A program made the translations under genes and the position numbers. Positions 24,577 through 34,295 of a stretch of DNA of 63,328 nucleotides are shown here, piece after piece. Origin of the DNA: an uncultured Candidatus Saccharibacteria bacterium (GTDB lineage: Bacteria > Patescibacteriota > Dojkabacteria > JAOAGR01); the NCBI GenBank assembly GCA_964626735.1, contig CAZVIJ010000004.1, forward strand, positions 1-63,328. Reading direction: 5' to 3'. Position 1 is the first letter of the stretch. Every line of letters starts with the position of its first letter. The notes under the pieces are model-generated. The model had not been told where the DNA came from and searched no databases. It saw nothing but the letters and a program-made list of their open reading frames with translations.

Positions 24577-26068
24577 GTTTTTTCAAATATCGATCGATTC
24601 TAGATACGCATTCATCCCAGCCTAATAGCTGCATGCTCTCATACAAAGGGGGAGAGAATTTATCACCAACAACCAACAAACGCAATACCATAAAGACATC
24701 ACCGTGCTTCCACCCGAGAGCGTCTCCGATAGACCGAACGGTCTGTTCCCATGTCGGCTGATCCGGATTCGGAATAATGGATTGAAAACCATTATAAATT
24801 TTTTGAGATGCAGTGACAAACTCCTCGAGAGTATGGTTCGATGATGTTACATCGATTGATGCAACATCCGGCTCCTTGAAGAGAAACTTGAGCTGGCCGA
24901 ATATATCTGACAGCTTATTGATTCGCTGATGGACGAGCGGCAAAGCTTGTCTAAGCACGTCCGTGTTTTCCAAGAACAAATCGATGAGACCCTCGTCGAA
25001 GTTCTCGTCAAAGTCCTTGATGGTACGCGCATCGTTCTCTAGCCAGGCGATTACGCGGTCATATAGCTCGTCCGGGCTGAGCTTCCTGATATGCTGGCCA
25101 TTGAACCAATCGATCTTTTTGGGGTCTATGCGTGCATTCGTATGCAGGATCTTGTCGTAGCTTATTGAAGAGAAAATCTGATCTGGCGTCATGATTTCTT
25201 CTTCCTTGCTTGAGAACGAGAACGAGCAGGAGATTACCGTAACGTAGTTGTATATTGCCTCGGGCAAATACCCATCGGCCCGATAGAACGTCAGCGGCTT
25301 CGCGCCCTTCCTTTTCGAAAGCTTGCCGATACCGTCTTCATTCAAGATATCGGAGAAGTGTGCGAACGTCGGAATGTCCCAACCGAAAATTTGGTAGATG
25401 AGAACTTGCTTTGCCGTATTGCTCAGATGGCCGAATCCTCGCACGACGTCGGTGACGTTCATATCGTGGTCGTCGATGACGACGCAAAAGTTATACATAG
25501 GAGTGCCGTCCGATTTTTGAATAACCAGATCCCCGATCGTATTGGTATTCACCTTTACGGTACCGAAAACTTTATCTTCAAACTCGACGATAGTATCTTT
25601 GGGTACTTTCAGCCTGATGACCGGCTTTCGCCCTTCGGCTTCGAATGCCTGCTGCTCTTCGGCTGTGAGATTGGCGTGAGCGCCGGAATACACAGGCGAG
25701 CCGCCTTTCTTGCGTTGTTCTTCTATCTGCATTGCGCGTTCCTCAGGTGTTTCGTATGCTTTATATGCCTTACCTTCTTGGAGGAGTTGGTCGATATGCT
25801 TTTGATAAAGCGGCATCCGTTCGGACTGGAAATACTCGTTCTTCTCTCCGATCTTTGGACCCGCATCATATCGGACACCGAGCCACTCGGTATCTTTGAT
25901 AATGTTATCGACCGTATCCATGCGGTTACGGTTATTGTCGGTATCCTCGATTCTGAGGATGAAGCGGCCATTATACGCGCGAGAAAGAGCATAGTTTATG
26001 ATATAAGCTTTTCCGTTGCCTAAATGGAGATGCCCCGTCGGACTAGGAGCGGCCCTGAAAGTTCTCAT
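24569..26068 (-). CDS. gltX: Glutamyl-tRNA synthetase
   Basis: RAAPSPTGHLHLGNGKA (HIGH region), RIEDTD, and GKLSKRKG (KMSKS). Confidence 0.93.
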   Translation of the reverse strand: MRTFRAAPSPTGHLHLGNGKAYIINYALSRAYNGRFILRIEDTDNNRNRMDTVDNIIKDTEWLGVRYDAGPKIGEKNEYFQSERMPLYQKHIDQLLQEGKAYKAYETPEERAMQIEEQRKKGGSPVYSGAHANLTAEEQQAFEAEGRKPVIRLKVPKDTIVEFEDKVFGTVKVNTNTIGDLVIQKSDGTPMYNFCVVIDDHDMNVTDVVRGFGHLSNTAKQVLIYQIFGWDIPTFAHFSDILNEDGIGKLSKRKGAKPLTFYRADGYLPEAIYNYVTVISCSFSFSSKEEEIMTPDQIFSSISYDKILHTNARIDPKKIDWFNGQHIRKLSPDELYDRVIAWLENDARTIKDFDENFDEGLIDLFLENTDVLRQALPLVHQRINKLSDIFGQLKFLFKEPDVASIDVTSSNHTLEEFVTASQKIYNGFQSIIPNPDQPTWEQTVRSIGDALGWKHGDVFMVLRLLVVGDKFSPPLYESMQLLGWDECVSRIDRYLKKHG

Positions 26069-26163
26069 TGTTGGTATTGTATTAAATGTATGCGCAATTA
26101 TAAATAAAGAGTAGCAAACAAATTATAGCGCCAAATGTATTATAATTGCACCTAATAGATGGT

Positions 26164-26493
26164 ATGAATGTGATTCTGCTCACGGAACTTAGAAAACAGG
26201 TAATCGACCGCCTCAGGCTAGTCGTCGATCCCGAAATAGGAATGAATATCGTGGACGTCGGTTTGATATACGGAATAGAAATAAACGACGATTCGGAAGT
26301 AACCGTGCTGATGACCTTGACGACACCCGGTTGCCCGCTCTCGGACTATTTCCTCTCGGAAATAGAAAGTGTATTGATGGATCTTGATTTCGTGGAGGAT
26401 GTTCGAATCGAGTTCTTGTGGGAGCCGAAATGGGATCTTGCAATGATGGACGAGAATGCGAAGCAGAACATGTTCGATTCGATGAGGAATTAA
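26164..26493 (+). CDS. DUF59 / SufT-like Fe-S assembly protein
   Basis: LRLVVDPEIGMNIVDVGLIYGIE and LTTPGCPLSDYF. Confidence 0.8.
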   Translation: MNVILLTELRKQVIDRLRLVVDPEIGMNIVDVGLIYGIEINDDSEVTVLMTLTTPGCPLSDYFLSEIESVLMDLDFVEDVRIEFLWEPKWDLAMMDENAKQNMFDSMRN

Positions 26494-26521
26494 CATTCCG
26501 TTGTGCTATACTTATTGGATT

Positions 26522-27622
26522 ATGCAGGCATTTTCCTGGTCAAAAATTGATTACCCGATTGTGATCTGTCCTCCGATGGACGGCATCACCGATATGGCGT
26601 ACCGGGAGCTCGTTGCCCAGATGGGAGGAAGTGGCGCACAATACTGCGAATTCGTGAATGTAAAAGGAATCATGTACGAGAGCGTCAAAACGTTCTTTGA
26701 GCTTCGCTTTACCGAAATCCAGCGGCCGATCATTGCCCAGCTTTTCGGCAGCGAACCCGAAGACTTTTACGAAGCAGTGAAGAAAACAGTACCGCTGGGC
26801 TTCGACGCGATCGATATCAACATGGGCTGCCCAGCGCATAAGGTTGCATCGAAAGGTAGCGGGTGCGCGCTTATGGATGATCCGAAGACCGCCGCAAGCA
26901 TCGTACGGAATACCATCAAAGGCGCCAACGAAATTTGGAAAGAGATGGGAAATGATGGGGAGTATGAAGTTACCACGAAGATGCGGCTTGGCGTCTCGGA
27001 CAAGAATACGGTTTTCACCCACGGGATGGCTATGCTTGAGGCCGGTTCCAAGGCGGTCGCGATTCATGGACGTACGCTCAAGCAGATGTACACGGGAGAA
27101 GCAGATTGGGAGCCGATAAAAGAATTCAAGTCAAGGATCGGCGCCTCGGCCAAAGTTTTCGGATCGGGGGATGTAAAAAGCCTATACGAGGCATTCGTCC
27201 GGCTGGTAACGTGCGGAGTCGATGGCGTCATGATCGGTCGGGGAAGCTTCGGTAACCCTTGGGTATTCGAAAAGAGGCGAGTCGACCGGCTCAAGGAGCT
27301 CTGCATTCAGTACGGATGGCCGCAAACCATTCCATCGATCGAAGAAATTCCGGCATCAGAACTGGAGGACATCAAACGCGAACTCGATAACCAAACGCAT
27401 AGCTTCGAGGAGGTACGGGAAATGGCCATACGACATGCGCGGCTGATGGTGCAAGATAAAGGCCCGCACGGTATTGTCCAAATGCGCAAACATCTCGGCT
27501 GGTATTTCGGCGGCTTCAATGGGGCCAAATCACTCAGGTCGCAGCTTGTGCGCGTCGAATCTATTGATGAACTGGAAGCGATACTGAATTCCTTTACGAT
27601 AGAAGAGACGATCGCAAGCTAA
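26522..27622 (+). CDS. tRNA-dihydrouridine synthase (Dus family)
   Basis: PPMDGITDMAYREL, AIDINMGCPAHKV, VAIHGRT and GVMIGRGSFGNPWVF. Confidence 0.88.
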   Translation: MQAFSWSKIDYPIVICPPMDGITDMAYRELVAQMGGSGAQYCEFVNVKGIMYESVKTFFELRFTEIQRPIIAQLFGSEPEDFYEAVKKTVPLGFDAIDINMGCPAHKVASKGSGCALMDDPKTAASIVRNTIKGANEIWKEMGNDGEYEVTTKMRLGVSDKNTVFTHGMAMLEAGSKAVAIHGRTLKQMYTGEADWEPIKEFKSRIGASAKVFGSGDVKSLYEAFVRLVTCGVDGVMIGRGSFGNPWVFEKRRVDRLKELCIQYGWPQTIPSIEEIPASELEDIKRELDNQTHSFEEVREMAIRHARLMVQDKGPHGIVQMRKHLGWYFGGFNGAKSLRSQLVRVESIDELEAILNSFTIEETIAS

Positions 27623-28629
27623 TCGTGATTAGATAGTTGGCCGCATGCCGCCTTGATGTCGTCGCCCATTGTCACACGGGGCGTCACCGAAATCCCAAGC
27701 TCCCGAAGACGGTTGCAGAATTTCATGACTCGATTTCTCGATGGCCTTTTGAAGTCGCGTCCATCGATCGGGTTATACGGGATCGCATTAACGTGAGCGA
27801 GCTGATCGCCAATTAGCTCAGAAAGCGCCAATGCACATTCCTCGGTATCGGTTACCGAATCGATCAAAATATATTCGTAGGTAATCCTTCGCTTTGACCC
27901 TTTTTGTATTTCCCTGCAGACTTCCATCAGCGAGTCTAGGGAAAATTGCTTGGCGACCGGCATAAGCTGTTCCCTCAACGCTTGCGTAGGGGCATGCAGG
28001 CTGATTGCGACTCCGATTTTGGGATATTGCCCCCAAAACTTTTTCATCATCGGAACGTAACCGGAGGTCGATACCGTCAGTGACCGCAGTCCCAAACCGA
28101 ATAGCTCGGGGTCCAACATCATTTCGATAGACTTGGTGACCTCGAGGAGATTGATCATCGGCTCGCCCATTCCCATGTAGACGACACGGTTGACCGTTAC
28201 ATCTTTTCCGAAATTCGTACGAAGCCATGAATTCGCAATCAGCAGCTGCTCGATGATTTCATCGGCCGCCAAGTTTTGCTTGAATCCCATTGCGCCGGTC
28301 CAGCAAAAGCTGCAATTTACCGGACATCCCGACTGGCACGAGACGCACAACGTTTTCCTGCCGTTATCGTGGAGCATGAGGACCGTCTCTATGGGGGACC
28401 CTTTCGAAGTAAGGAAGCTCCACTTTATGGTCTTCTTATCTTTGGAAACTAAATTCCTTACTGGTTTCAATGATCGCACTGGTAAATCGGAAAGCTCAGC
28501 GACCATTTGTTTGGGTAAGGTCGTAGTTTCCGAAAGATCGGAACAGAATTCTTTGTAGACAGCGTGAATGATCTGCTTTTTCCTAAAGTTCGGAATTTCC
28601 AGGGAATTAATTGTTTCAAGCAGGGTCAC
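27619..28629 (-). CDS. rlmN: 23S rRNA/tRNA adenine-C2 methyltransferase RlmN (radical SAM)
   Basis: FRKKQI, CVSCQSGCPVNCSFCWTG, MGMGEPMINL and ISLHAP. Confidence 0.9.
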   Translation of the reverse strand: MTLLETINSLEIPNFRKKQIIHAVYKEFCSDLSETTTLPKQMVAELSDLPVRSLKPVRNLVSKDKKTIKWSFLTSKGSPIETVLMLHDNGRKTLCVSCQSGCPVNCSFCWTGAMGFKQNLAADEIIEQLLIANSWLRTNFGKDVTVNRVVYMGMGEPMINLLEVTKSIEMMLDPELFGLGLRSLTVSTSGYVPMMKKFWGQYPKIGVAISLHAPTQALREQLMPVAKQFSLDSLMEVCREIQKGSKRRITYEYILIDSVTDTEECALALSELIGDQLAHVNAIPYNPIDGRDFKRPSRNRVMKFCNRLRELGISVTPRVTMGDDIKAACGQLSNHD

Positions 28630-28695
28630 CGAAGATTATACCATTTAGGGACATGAGCAGGTACACAGACGACGCAAATTTCCATATACTGGATC

Positions 28696-31600
28696 GTGAT
28701 ATCAATACCAACTGTCCGAGCTAAGTTGCGATCTCCCAAGCTGAGAAAATTGGGAGCACTTTTTTTAATAATTTTGGTGGCTGTTATGGCCATCGGAGTT
28801 GCCAACCTCAAACATGTGCCGAACCTTTTCAGTAATGCCTCAGAGCCTGTTTCGGCAAGCCCGAATCTCTCTCTCAACGTTTCGGGGGATAAGGGGACGA
28901 TTGATCCGGACATTTTCGGCTATACCGTGCAATGGGATCATGATGTATATCGCTTCTTCAGCTTGATTGGACAGATGCGTCTCACCGAATTACCCCACAC
29001 CGAAAGCGATTTTTATGATGGAGCAGGCCTGGAGTACGAAAAGATCAAAGAGTATGGAATTCATTCCATGAGGTTCCCGTACGGATGTTTGGCAGATACC
29101 TACGACTATCACACGGGAAATGCAACATATTACGCAGCCGACCTCAAGCAGAACCTTGATAACCCGCTCGGAACGATTGATAACGCGATCGCGCTCTCGA
29201 AAAACAACGGCGGCTCGCTCAATTACGTCGTGAATATCAACTACGATAAAGAAAAGCAAAATTGCAACTTGCTCCCGAGATACCCGGGACGAGATGCGGC
29301 AACCAATAAGCAAATTCTCCTCAACGACGCGAAAGAGATCGTAAAGAAATACGGTACGCAGCTGAAATATTACGAGTTGGGGAATGAACAGTGGGCTTCG
29401 TGGGGAGACCCGGTCAGGTATATGAATACGGTTAAAGATTTTGCTAAGGCCATGAAGGAAGTCAATCCGAATATCAAGATCAGCCTGATCGCAAGCTATT
29501 ATGGATGGCCCAATTATACCGTTTGGAACCAGGGGGTTAAGAAGGATATCGAGATGATGTGCGGACCGGTCAAATGCTTCGACGGAATCGCGATACACTT
29601 CTATGATGCGAATGGATACAACAAGAACGCTCCGGTATCCAGTACGAATTATAAAGGTGTCAGTGCTTATTGGGCGCAAGATAAATACACCAGTTATTTC
29701 AACCAGATTCGTACGATGTTTCCGGGTAAGGCGCTTACCCTTACCGAATGGCAGACGGGATCATGCGCTAAGGCAGCCGATTACGTATTCGAAACCGGTA
29801 TGTATACGTACGAAGTTCTCAAGTCGATGATCGCCAATAAGTTCAGCTCGTCGAATGTCTCTGAATTGAGAAGGGGATGGAGCTGCTCCTTCGTCGACGA
29901 TTTTTTCTCGACGACTTTTTCCGGGAAAGTCTTCTCGATGATGTCCCAATTGGGCGGCATGAAGCAGCTCGGAACCACGATACCGCTCAATTACACGGAG
30001 CTCAAGAACGTAAACTTTGCCAATGCCCCTGCAGTAAGCGTTGTTGCCGGCAAAAAAGACGGAGAAGCGGTAGTCCTACTCTCGAACAAAGCAACGACAA
30101 ACGTTAACGTTAAAGTTACCTTCGGTTCCGATGTCCCAGTAAGCACACTCTCCTCCTATGAAATCGAGACGGTCGGGAGCAACGACTACACGAGCTCGAA
30201 AACGTACCAGCACTACAAGTACGGAACGTCCAAGGCAACCATGGATGTTTCGCTTCCGGCATTAAGCGTCACCAAGGTGCGATTGTCGAAGAATTCTGTC
30301 GATTCGATGAAACGTGATCGAATGTGGAGCAGGGTCTGCGAGTACGATGAAACAAACGGCGTGCCTATCGCAAATACCTGCACCGGCTATAACGATTATA
30401 GCCTCACGAAACTGGGGTTGCCTGCAGGCACATCGATTGGCTCGTACGAATCATCGTATTTCGCAAACAATACGCAATTCAAGCAAACTTTTGTCGTGGA
30501 GAATTCTACCGTTGCGTACACGAGAAACTGCACCGTTTCACCCACTCTGAAGACGCCGGTATGCAAAAACCCGTTCTCTAAAGTCGATCTGAAGACGCTG
30601 TGGAACTTGAATACTTCCTCGATCGCGGGAATCTCATCAGTGAATTATGGCGCCAAATCGAAGAAGTTCGTAATGGATAGTACTTCGTTGTATACATTAG
30701 ATTGCTCATATAATGACGCAACGGGCGCTGAGAGCGGTTGTAACTCTACATCCAAAACCGAACTTTCAAACCTCAGGGGAACGACAGGAGAGCGTTATAG
30801 CGCTATTGAATCCTTTTTGTTCGATAACAATACGAAAATACGCTTCAGCTTTATCGACGATACGGGAACGAAGGGGTTCTATCGTTCGTGCCCGTTTAAT
30901 CCAGCGAATGGCGGCATCAATTGTTCCGGAATTGCTTTCAACGAAGTCTCTTACGGTAGCTTAAGGGCAGTCGGTCAAGAGCGGTATTACGGATATGCAA
31001 CCAATGTATTCGTTCAAAGAGGAAAACAATATATTCGACAAGATTACTTAGGGTATTCCGACACCACAACTCAGTTCAGGACAGAAGGTATACAGGTTCA
31101 ACCCGGAAATGCATGTATCGCTCCCCGAGACCCTGTGGAATTTACGCACCCCTATATCTCCAAATTGACTGAAGGAAATTCGATTGCTGGCTTTATACCC
31201 GTTAGAAATTCGACAGGCTATACGATTAGGATTGACGATGTCTCTGCCGGCGGAGATAAAACTACGTGCAAGCCGTATGATGCTGCTACCAAGACTACGC
31301 AAACATCATGGTGCGAAACGAAAAAATCCCGTGACGACGTCTTGCTCAATTTCTATATAAAGAACGGCCACCGTTACCGCATAACCGTTACGCCGCTCAG
31401 GTCATGCCCCGATGGTATTAAGTCGGGCGAAACGGTTTCGAGAGAAGTAACCGGCCTGCCCGCAAGCAACACGCCGACCCCGACATACGCGCCGCAAGCC
31501 CCGGTATCGCCAACTCCCGCAAACACCGGCCAGAATATGGTGTATCGAGACTGCGAATGGGATGATGCGGCTGGTCAGCCAATATCAGGCAAGTGCAGTA

Positions 31601-32307
31601 CATTCTCGGCGGAGAGTGTTTCGAATCTACGGTCGACCGGCGGCAACGAAAAGTACTCCGCGTACGAAACGTATTTATTCAATAAAGGTACGATGGTTCG
31701 ACAATCTTTCGTATCGTCAGACGGCACCAAAGGGTATTATCGAAGCTGCCCGTTCAACCCGGCTACAAAGCTCCTTGCCTGCACGGCGCAATTCACGGAG
31801 TATCCGCTCAATTTCCTGGGGAAGGCAGGGGAATCTTATGGAGGGTACGGCACGTATTTGTATACGCAAAACGGCATCAAGAAGATGCGACAGCATTACC
31901 TGACATCAACGGGAGATGCCCAAATATATCGCGACTGTACATATAACGAGACAACGGGAAACCCGGTAACTTGCTCATCATTTACCCCATTCAGCGTTGC
32001 CGGCTTGCGTAGCGGAGGAACCAATGAACGATACGGATCGTATACCACATTCCTCTTCAACAACGGCACAAAACTGCGACAGTCGTACGTAACGAAGAGC
32101 GGAAACGAGGCATATTACCGATCCTGCGACTTCAACCAATCGACCGCGGCGGCAAATTGCCCGTCGGGTACAGGAGCTTGGAATTCGTCGCCGATCAGTA
32201 ATTTGCGGGGAGGATCAAACGAACGATACGATGGGTACGGCACCCTGTTTTTCACCGATAACGGAAAAAAATATATTCGACAATATTATTTGACTCCAGT
32301 GCAGTGA
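28696..32307 (+). CDS. Large secreted or anchored glycoside hydrolase (clan GH-A-like TIM barrel) followed by two blocks of Cys-pair repeats
   Basis: GTG start with an N-terminal TM segment (LGALFLIILVAVMAIGVANL). MRFPYGCLADTYDY, YYELGNEQW (acid/base NE) and LTLTEWQ (nucleophile E) fit GH-A enzymes. The C-terminal half holds 8 copies of a repeat of about 62 aa. Confidence 0.75.
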   Translation: MISIPTVRAKLRSPKLRKLGALFLIILVAVMAIGVANLKHVPNLFSNASEPVSASPNLSLNVSGDKGTIDPDIFGYTVQWDHDVYRFFSLIGQMRLTELPHTESDFYDGAGLEYEKIKEYGIHSMRFPYGCLADTYDYHTGNATYYAADLKQNLDNPLGTIDNAIALSKNNGGSLNYVVNINYDKEKQNCNLLPRYPGRDAATNKQILLNDAKEIVKKYGTQLKYYELGNEQWASWGDPVRYMNTVKDFAKAMKEVNPNIKISLIASYYGWPNYTVWNQGVKKDIEMMCGPVKCFDGIAIHFYDANGYNKNAPVSSTNYKGVSAYWAQDKYTSYFNQIRTMFPGKALTLTEWQTGSCAKAADYVFETGMYTYEVLKSMIANKFSSSNVSELRRGWSCSFVDDFFSTTFSGKVFSMMSQLGGMKQLGTTIPLNYTELKNVNFANAPAVSVVAGKKDGEAVVLLSNKATTNVNVKVTFGSDVPVSTLSSYEIETVGSNDYTSSKTYQHYKYGTSKATMDVSLPALSVTKVRLSKNSVDSMKRDRMWSRVCEYDETNGVPIANTCTGYNDYSLTKLGLPAGTSIGSYESSYFANNTQFKQTFVVENSTVAYTRNCTVSPTLKTPVCKNPFSKVDLKTLWNLNTSSIAGISSVNYGAKSKKFVMDSTSLYTLDCSYNDATGAESGCNSTSKTELSNLRGTTGERYSAIESFLFDNNTKIRFSFIDDTGTKGFYRSCPFNPANGGINCSGIAFNEVSYGSLRAVGQERYYGYATNVFVQRGKQYIRQDYLGYSDTTTQFRTEGIQVQPGNACIAPRDPVEFTHPYISKLTEGNSIAGFIPVRNSTGYTIRIDDVSAGGDKTTCKPYDAATKTTQTSWCETKKSRDDVLLNFYIKNGHRYRITVTPLRSCPDGIKSGETVSREVTGLPASNTPTPTYAPQAPVSPTPANTGQNMVYRDCEWDDAAGQPISGKCSTFSAESVSNLRSTGGNEKYSAYETYLFNKGTMVRQSFVSSDGTKGYYRSCPFNPATKLLACTAQFTEYPLNFLGKAGESYGGYGTYLYTQNGIKKMRQHYLTSTGDAQIYRDCTYNETTGNPVTCSSFTPFSVAGLRSGGTNERYGSYTTFLFNNGTKLRQSYVTKSGNEAYYRSCDFNQSTAAANCPSGTGAWNSSPISNLRGGSNERYDGYGTLFFTDNGKKYIRQYYLTPVQ

Positions 32308-32308
32308 T

Positions 32309-32324
32309 GGGGGCTAGTGCCCCC
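32309..32324. terminator. Short GC hairpin between convergent genes
   Basis: GGGGGC TAGT GCCCCC. It spans the 2 nt after the plus-gene stop and the stop codon of the minus gene. Confidence 0.35.
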
Positions 32325-33225
32325 CTCCTGCCAATCCCTGCTCAAGCCTTCGGTTGAAAATCTCAAAATGGGCAGCAAGGAAAAGCTCTATCGCCTTTTC
32401 TAAATCTTTGGTTTTTATCCCTGCCTTGCTATCCTGATCGAGCACTGTTGATTCGGGGTCGTCTTCGCCTCTTCCTTTCCATTCGAGGACTTCATGCTGC
32501 AGCGTAAAGTTCGATCGTTTCTCCTGCTCGCCGAATAACGCGCTGAATAAATTCGAATACACATTAAATTGCCGTTCGAAGGCATCTTTGTCGTTCGCCT
32601 CCTGTTCGTCGTCCCGCAGGAATATTGAGATCAGGGCTTTAACGAACCGAAACGCGTTTTTTGCGCTCAGCAAGAGTGGTCCGTTGTTCTCGTTCTGAAT
32701 GCGGTATATACCTTCGATTCCGGTCGTTTCGGATGTTGCGTAGTAGGTCTTAACGACGGCACGAGACAGAAATGCCAGCAGAAGGGGAGGGAGCGATGAT
32801 TGTCGATTTTCCAAATCTTCATCTGCGACATCCGTCGACTCTTCGACTGCACCTTCCTCATCTTTATCGATCCTCTCCCGATATACTTCGAATTGCTTGA
32901 GCTGTTGGTCTTCGCCAACTCTATTGCCGATGAAATGCTGTTCCTGGATCGAGAATAGTCCCCGATCATCGTATTCGTATTCTTTCAACATCTGATATCG
33001 GAAAGGGTGTCCTCCGAAATAGCGCATGATCCATAATTTCGTATCATCGGGGGATATCGCGAACGGTACGTCGTCAAACAGTTTCGATGAGATTTTAGCG
33101 CCAATGGATGCAAATATCGCCTCGGCGTACGGTATCCGCGGAAGCGTTATGGGGCGGATTTCCAGGGAGATCACGTCTGCAATCTTGAGAGGGAATTGGA
33201 TTTCACTGTCTAAGCTATCAGTCAT
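32314..33225 (-). CDS. Hypothetical acidic protein
   Basis: 303-aa ORF, divergent from the PrgI-like gene. No recognisable motif. Confidence 0.55.
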   Translation of the reverse strand: MTDSLDSEIQFPLKIADVISLEIRPITLPRIPYAEAIFASIGAKISSKLFDDVPFAISPDDTKLWIMRYFGGHPFRYQMLKEYEYDDRGLFSIQEQHFIGNRVGEDQQLKQFEVYRERIDKDEEGAVEESTDVADEDLENRQSSLPPLLLAFLSRAVVKTYYATSETTGIEGIYRIQNENNGPLLLSAKNAFRFVKALISIFLRDDEQEANDKDAFERQFNVYSNLFSALFGEQEKRSNFTLQHEVLEWKGRGEDDPESTVLDQDSKAGIKTKDLEKAIELFLAAHFEIFNRRLEQGLAGGGH

Positions 33226-33320
33226 AATAGTTAGGAGTATAATTTCTCCCGGTGAAACTGTGAATACTATATAAGGATGTTCATAAAATCGTGCTATTGT
33301 GGTACATTATCACGTAAGCG

Positions 33321-34046
33321 ATGGCATACGGAACGAGACCTGTACCTCAAAACATAATGTCTGTTGAATTCAAGTTGTTTGATTTCATGACATTGAAGCA
33401 GTTCATTTACGGATTTGTATTGGTCCTCATCAGCGGAGCGCTTTTCTATTTCATTCAAGGACCGTGGCGAATCGTACTTCCACTGTTTTTGATGATAGGC
33501 GGTATCGTCGTAATCTTCGTGCCGTTCAACGGCGAACCATTCTCCGAGTTTATCAGCAGTTATCTCGAAGCGCTTATTTTGCCGCAGCGAAGGGTTTGGC
33601 ACCGAAAGGGATTCATCGTTAAGACCGCAATGCAGAAAGCGAGGATGTATCGATACGGAGACGAGGCAGAAAACGAAGGGGAGAATTCGTTTAAGTACCT
33701 CGAGAACGCCAGCCAGCAGAAAACTGAAGTCCAAACCGCCCTCGACACCGAAGAGCAGAAGTTCCTTGCAAAAAAACTGGAAGATGTCGGTGCAGGCAAA
33801 ACCTCAGCTTCACCGCAATCAACGACGATATCGCCGAAATCAGTGCAGAATTCATACGATATCGGCAAATTGAGCGACAACCAGCAACAGCAAGAATCAG
33901 CAAAAGAGCCACACCAAGCCGAGTCAAACGCGAATACCGAAACGCAACAATTAAGCCAGGATCCTATGTCAAATCAAAACGACCAAAAACCGAATGTTGA
34001 ACAATCGGTCGATCAATTGAACCAGATTATCGCGCCAAATAAATAA
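33321..34046 (+). CDS. PrgI-family-like (VirB3-like) small membrane protein with a Gln/Asn-rich tail
   Basis: The N-terminus VPQNIMSVEFKLFDFMTLKQFIYGFVLVLISGALFYF plus a second TM segment fits the PrgI pattern as I recall it. The gene ends in tandem TAA TAA. Confidence 0.5.
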   Translation: MAYGTRPVPQNIMSVEFKLFDFMTLKQFIYGFVLVLISGALFYFIQGPWRIVLPLFLMIGGIVVIFVPFNGEPFSEFISSYLEALILPQRRVWHRKGFIVKTAMQKARMYRYGDEAENEGENSFKYLENASQQKTEVQTALDTEEQKFLAKKLEDVGAGKTSASPQSTTISPKSVQNSYDIGKLSDNQQQQESAKEPHQAESNANTETQQLSQDPMSNQNDQKPNVEQSVDQLNQIIAPNK

Positions 34047-34295
34047 TAAAACGAAAACGACTTCGCTCCAAAAAACTACATCTTCGGAACGGTTGAGGAT
34101 GAGATCGGTCAGCCTGTAAAGCAGGCTGCTGTCGTCATCAAGCGCGGAGAAGAAAATCTCGAGGCGCTCTATACGACCGATAACGGCGATTTCCAATCCC
34201 ATTACGAATACAAGGCGGGAACCTACCGGATACACATAAACCTCGGTTCGAAAGAGTTTAACGAGGTCGATTTCAATCACGACCCGATTGACCCC

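Noticed and set aside
28626-28913. 95-aa minus-strand ORF spanning the rlmN/glycosidase divergent region
   Set aside because: It overlaps the rlmN start, the promoter region and the signal-anchor coding part of the 1203-aa gene. It has no motif.
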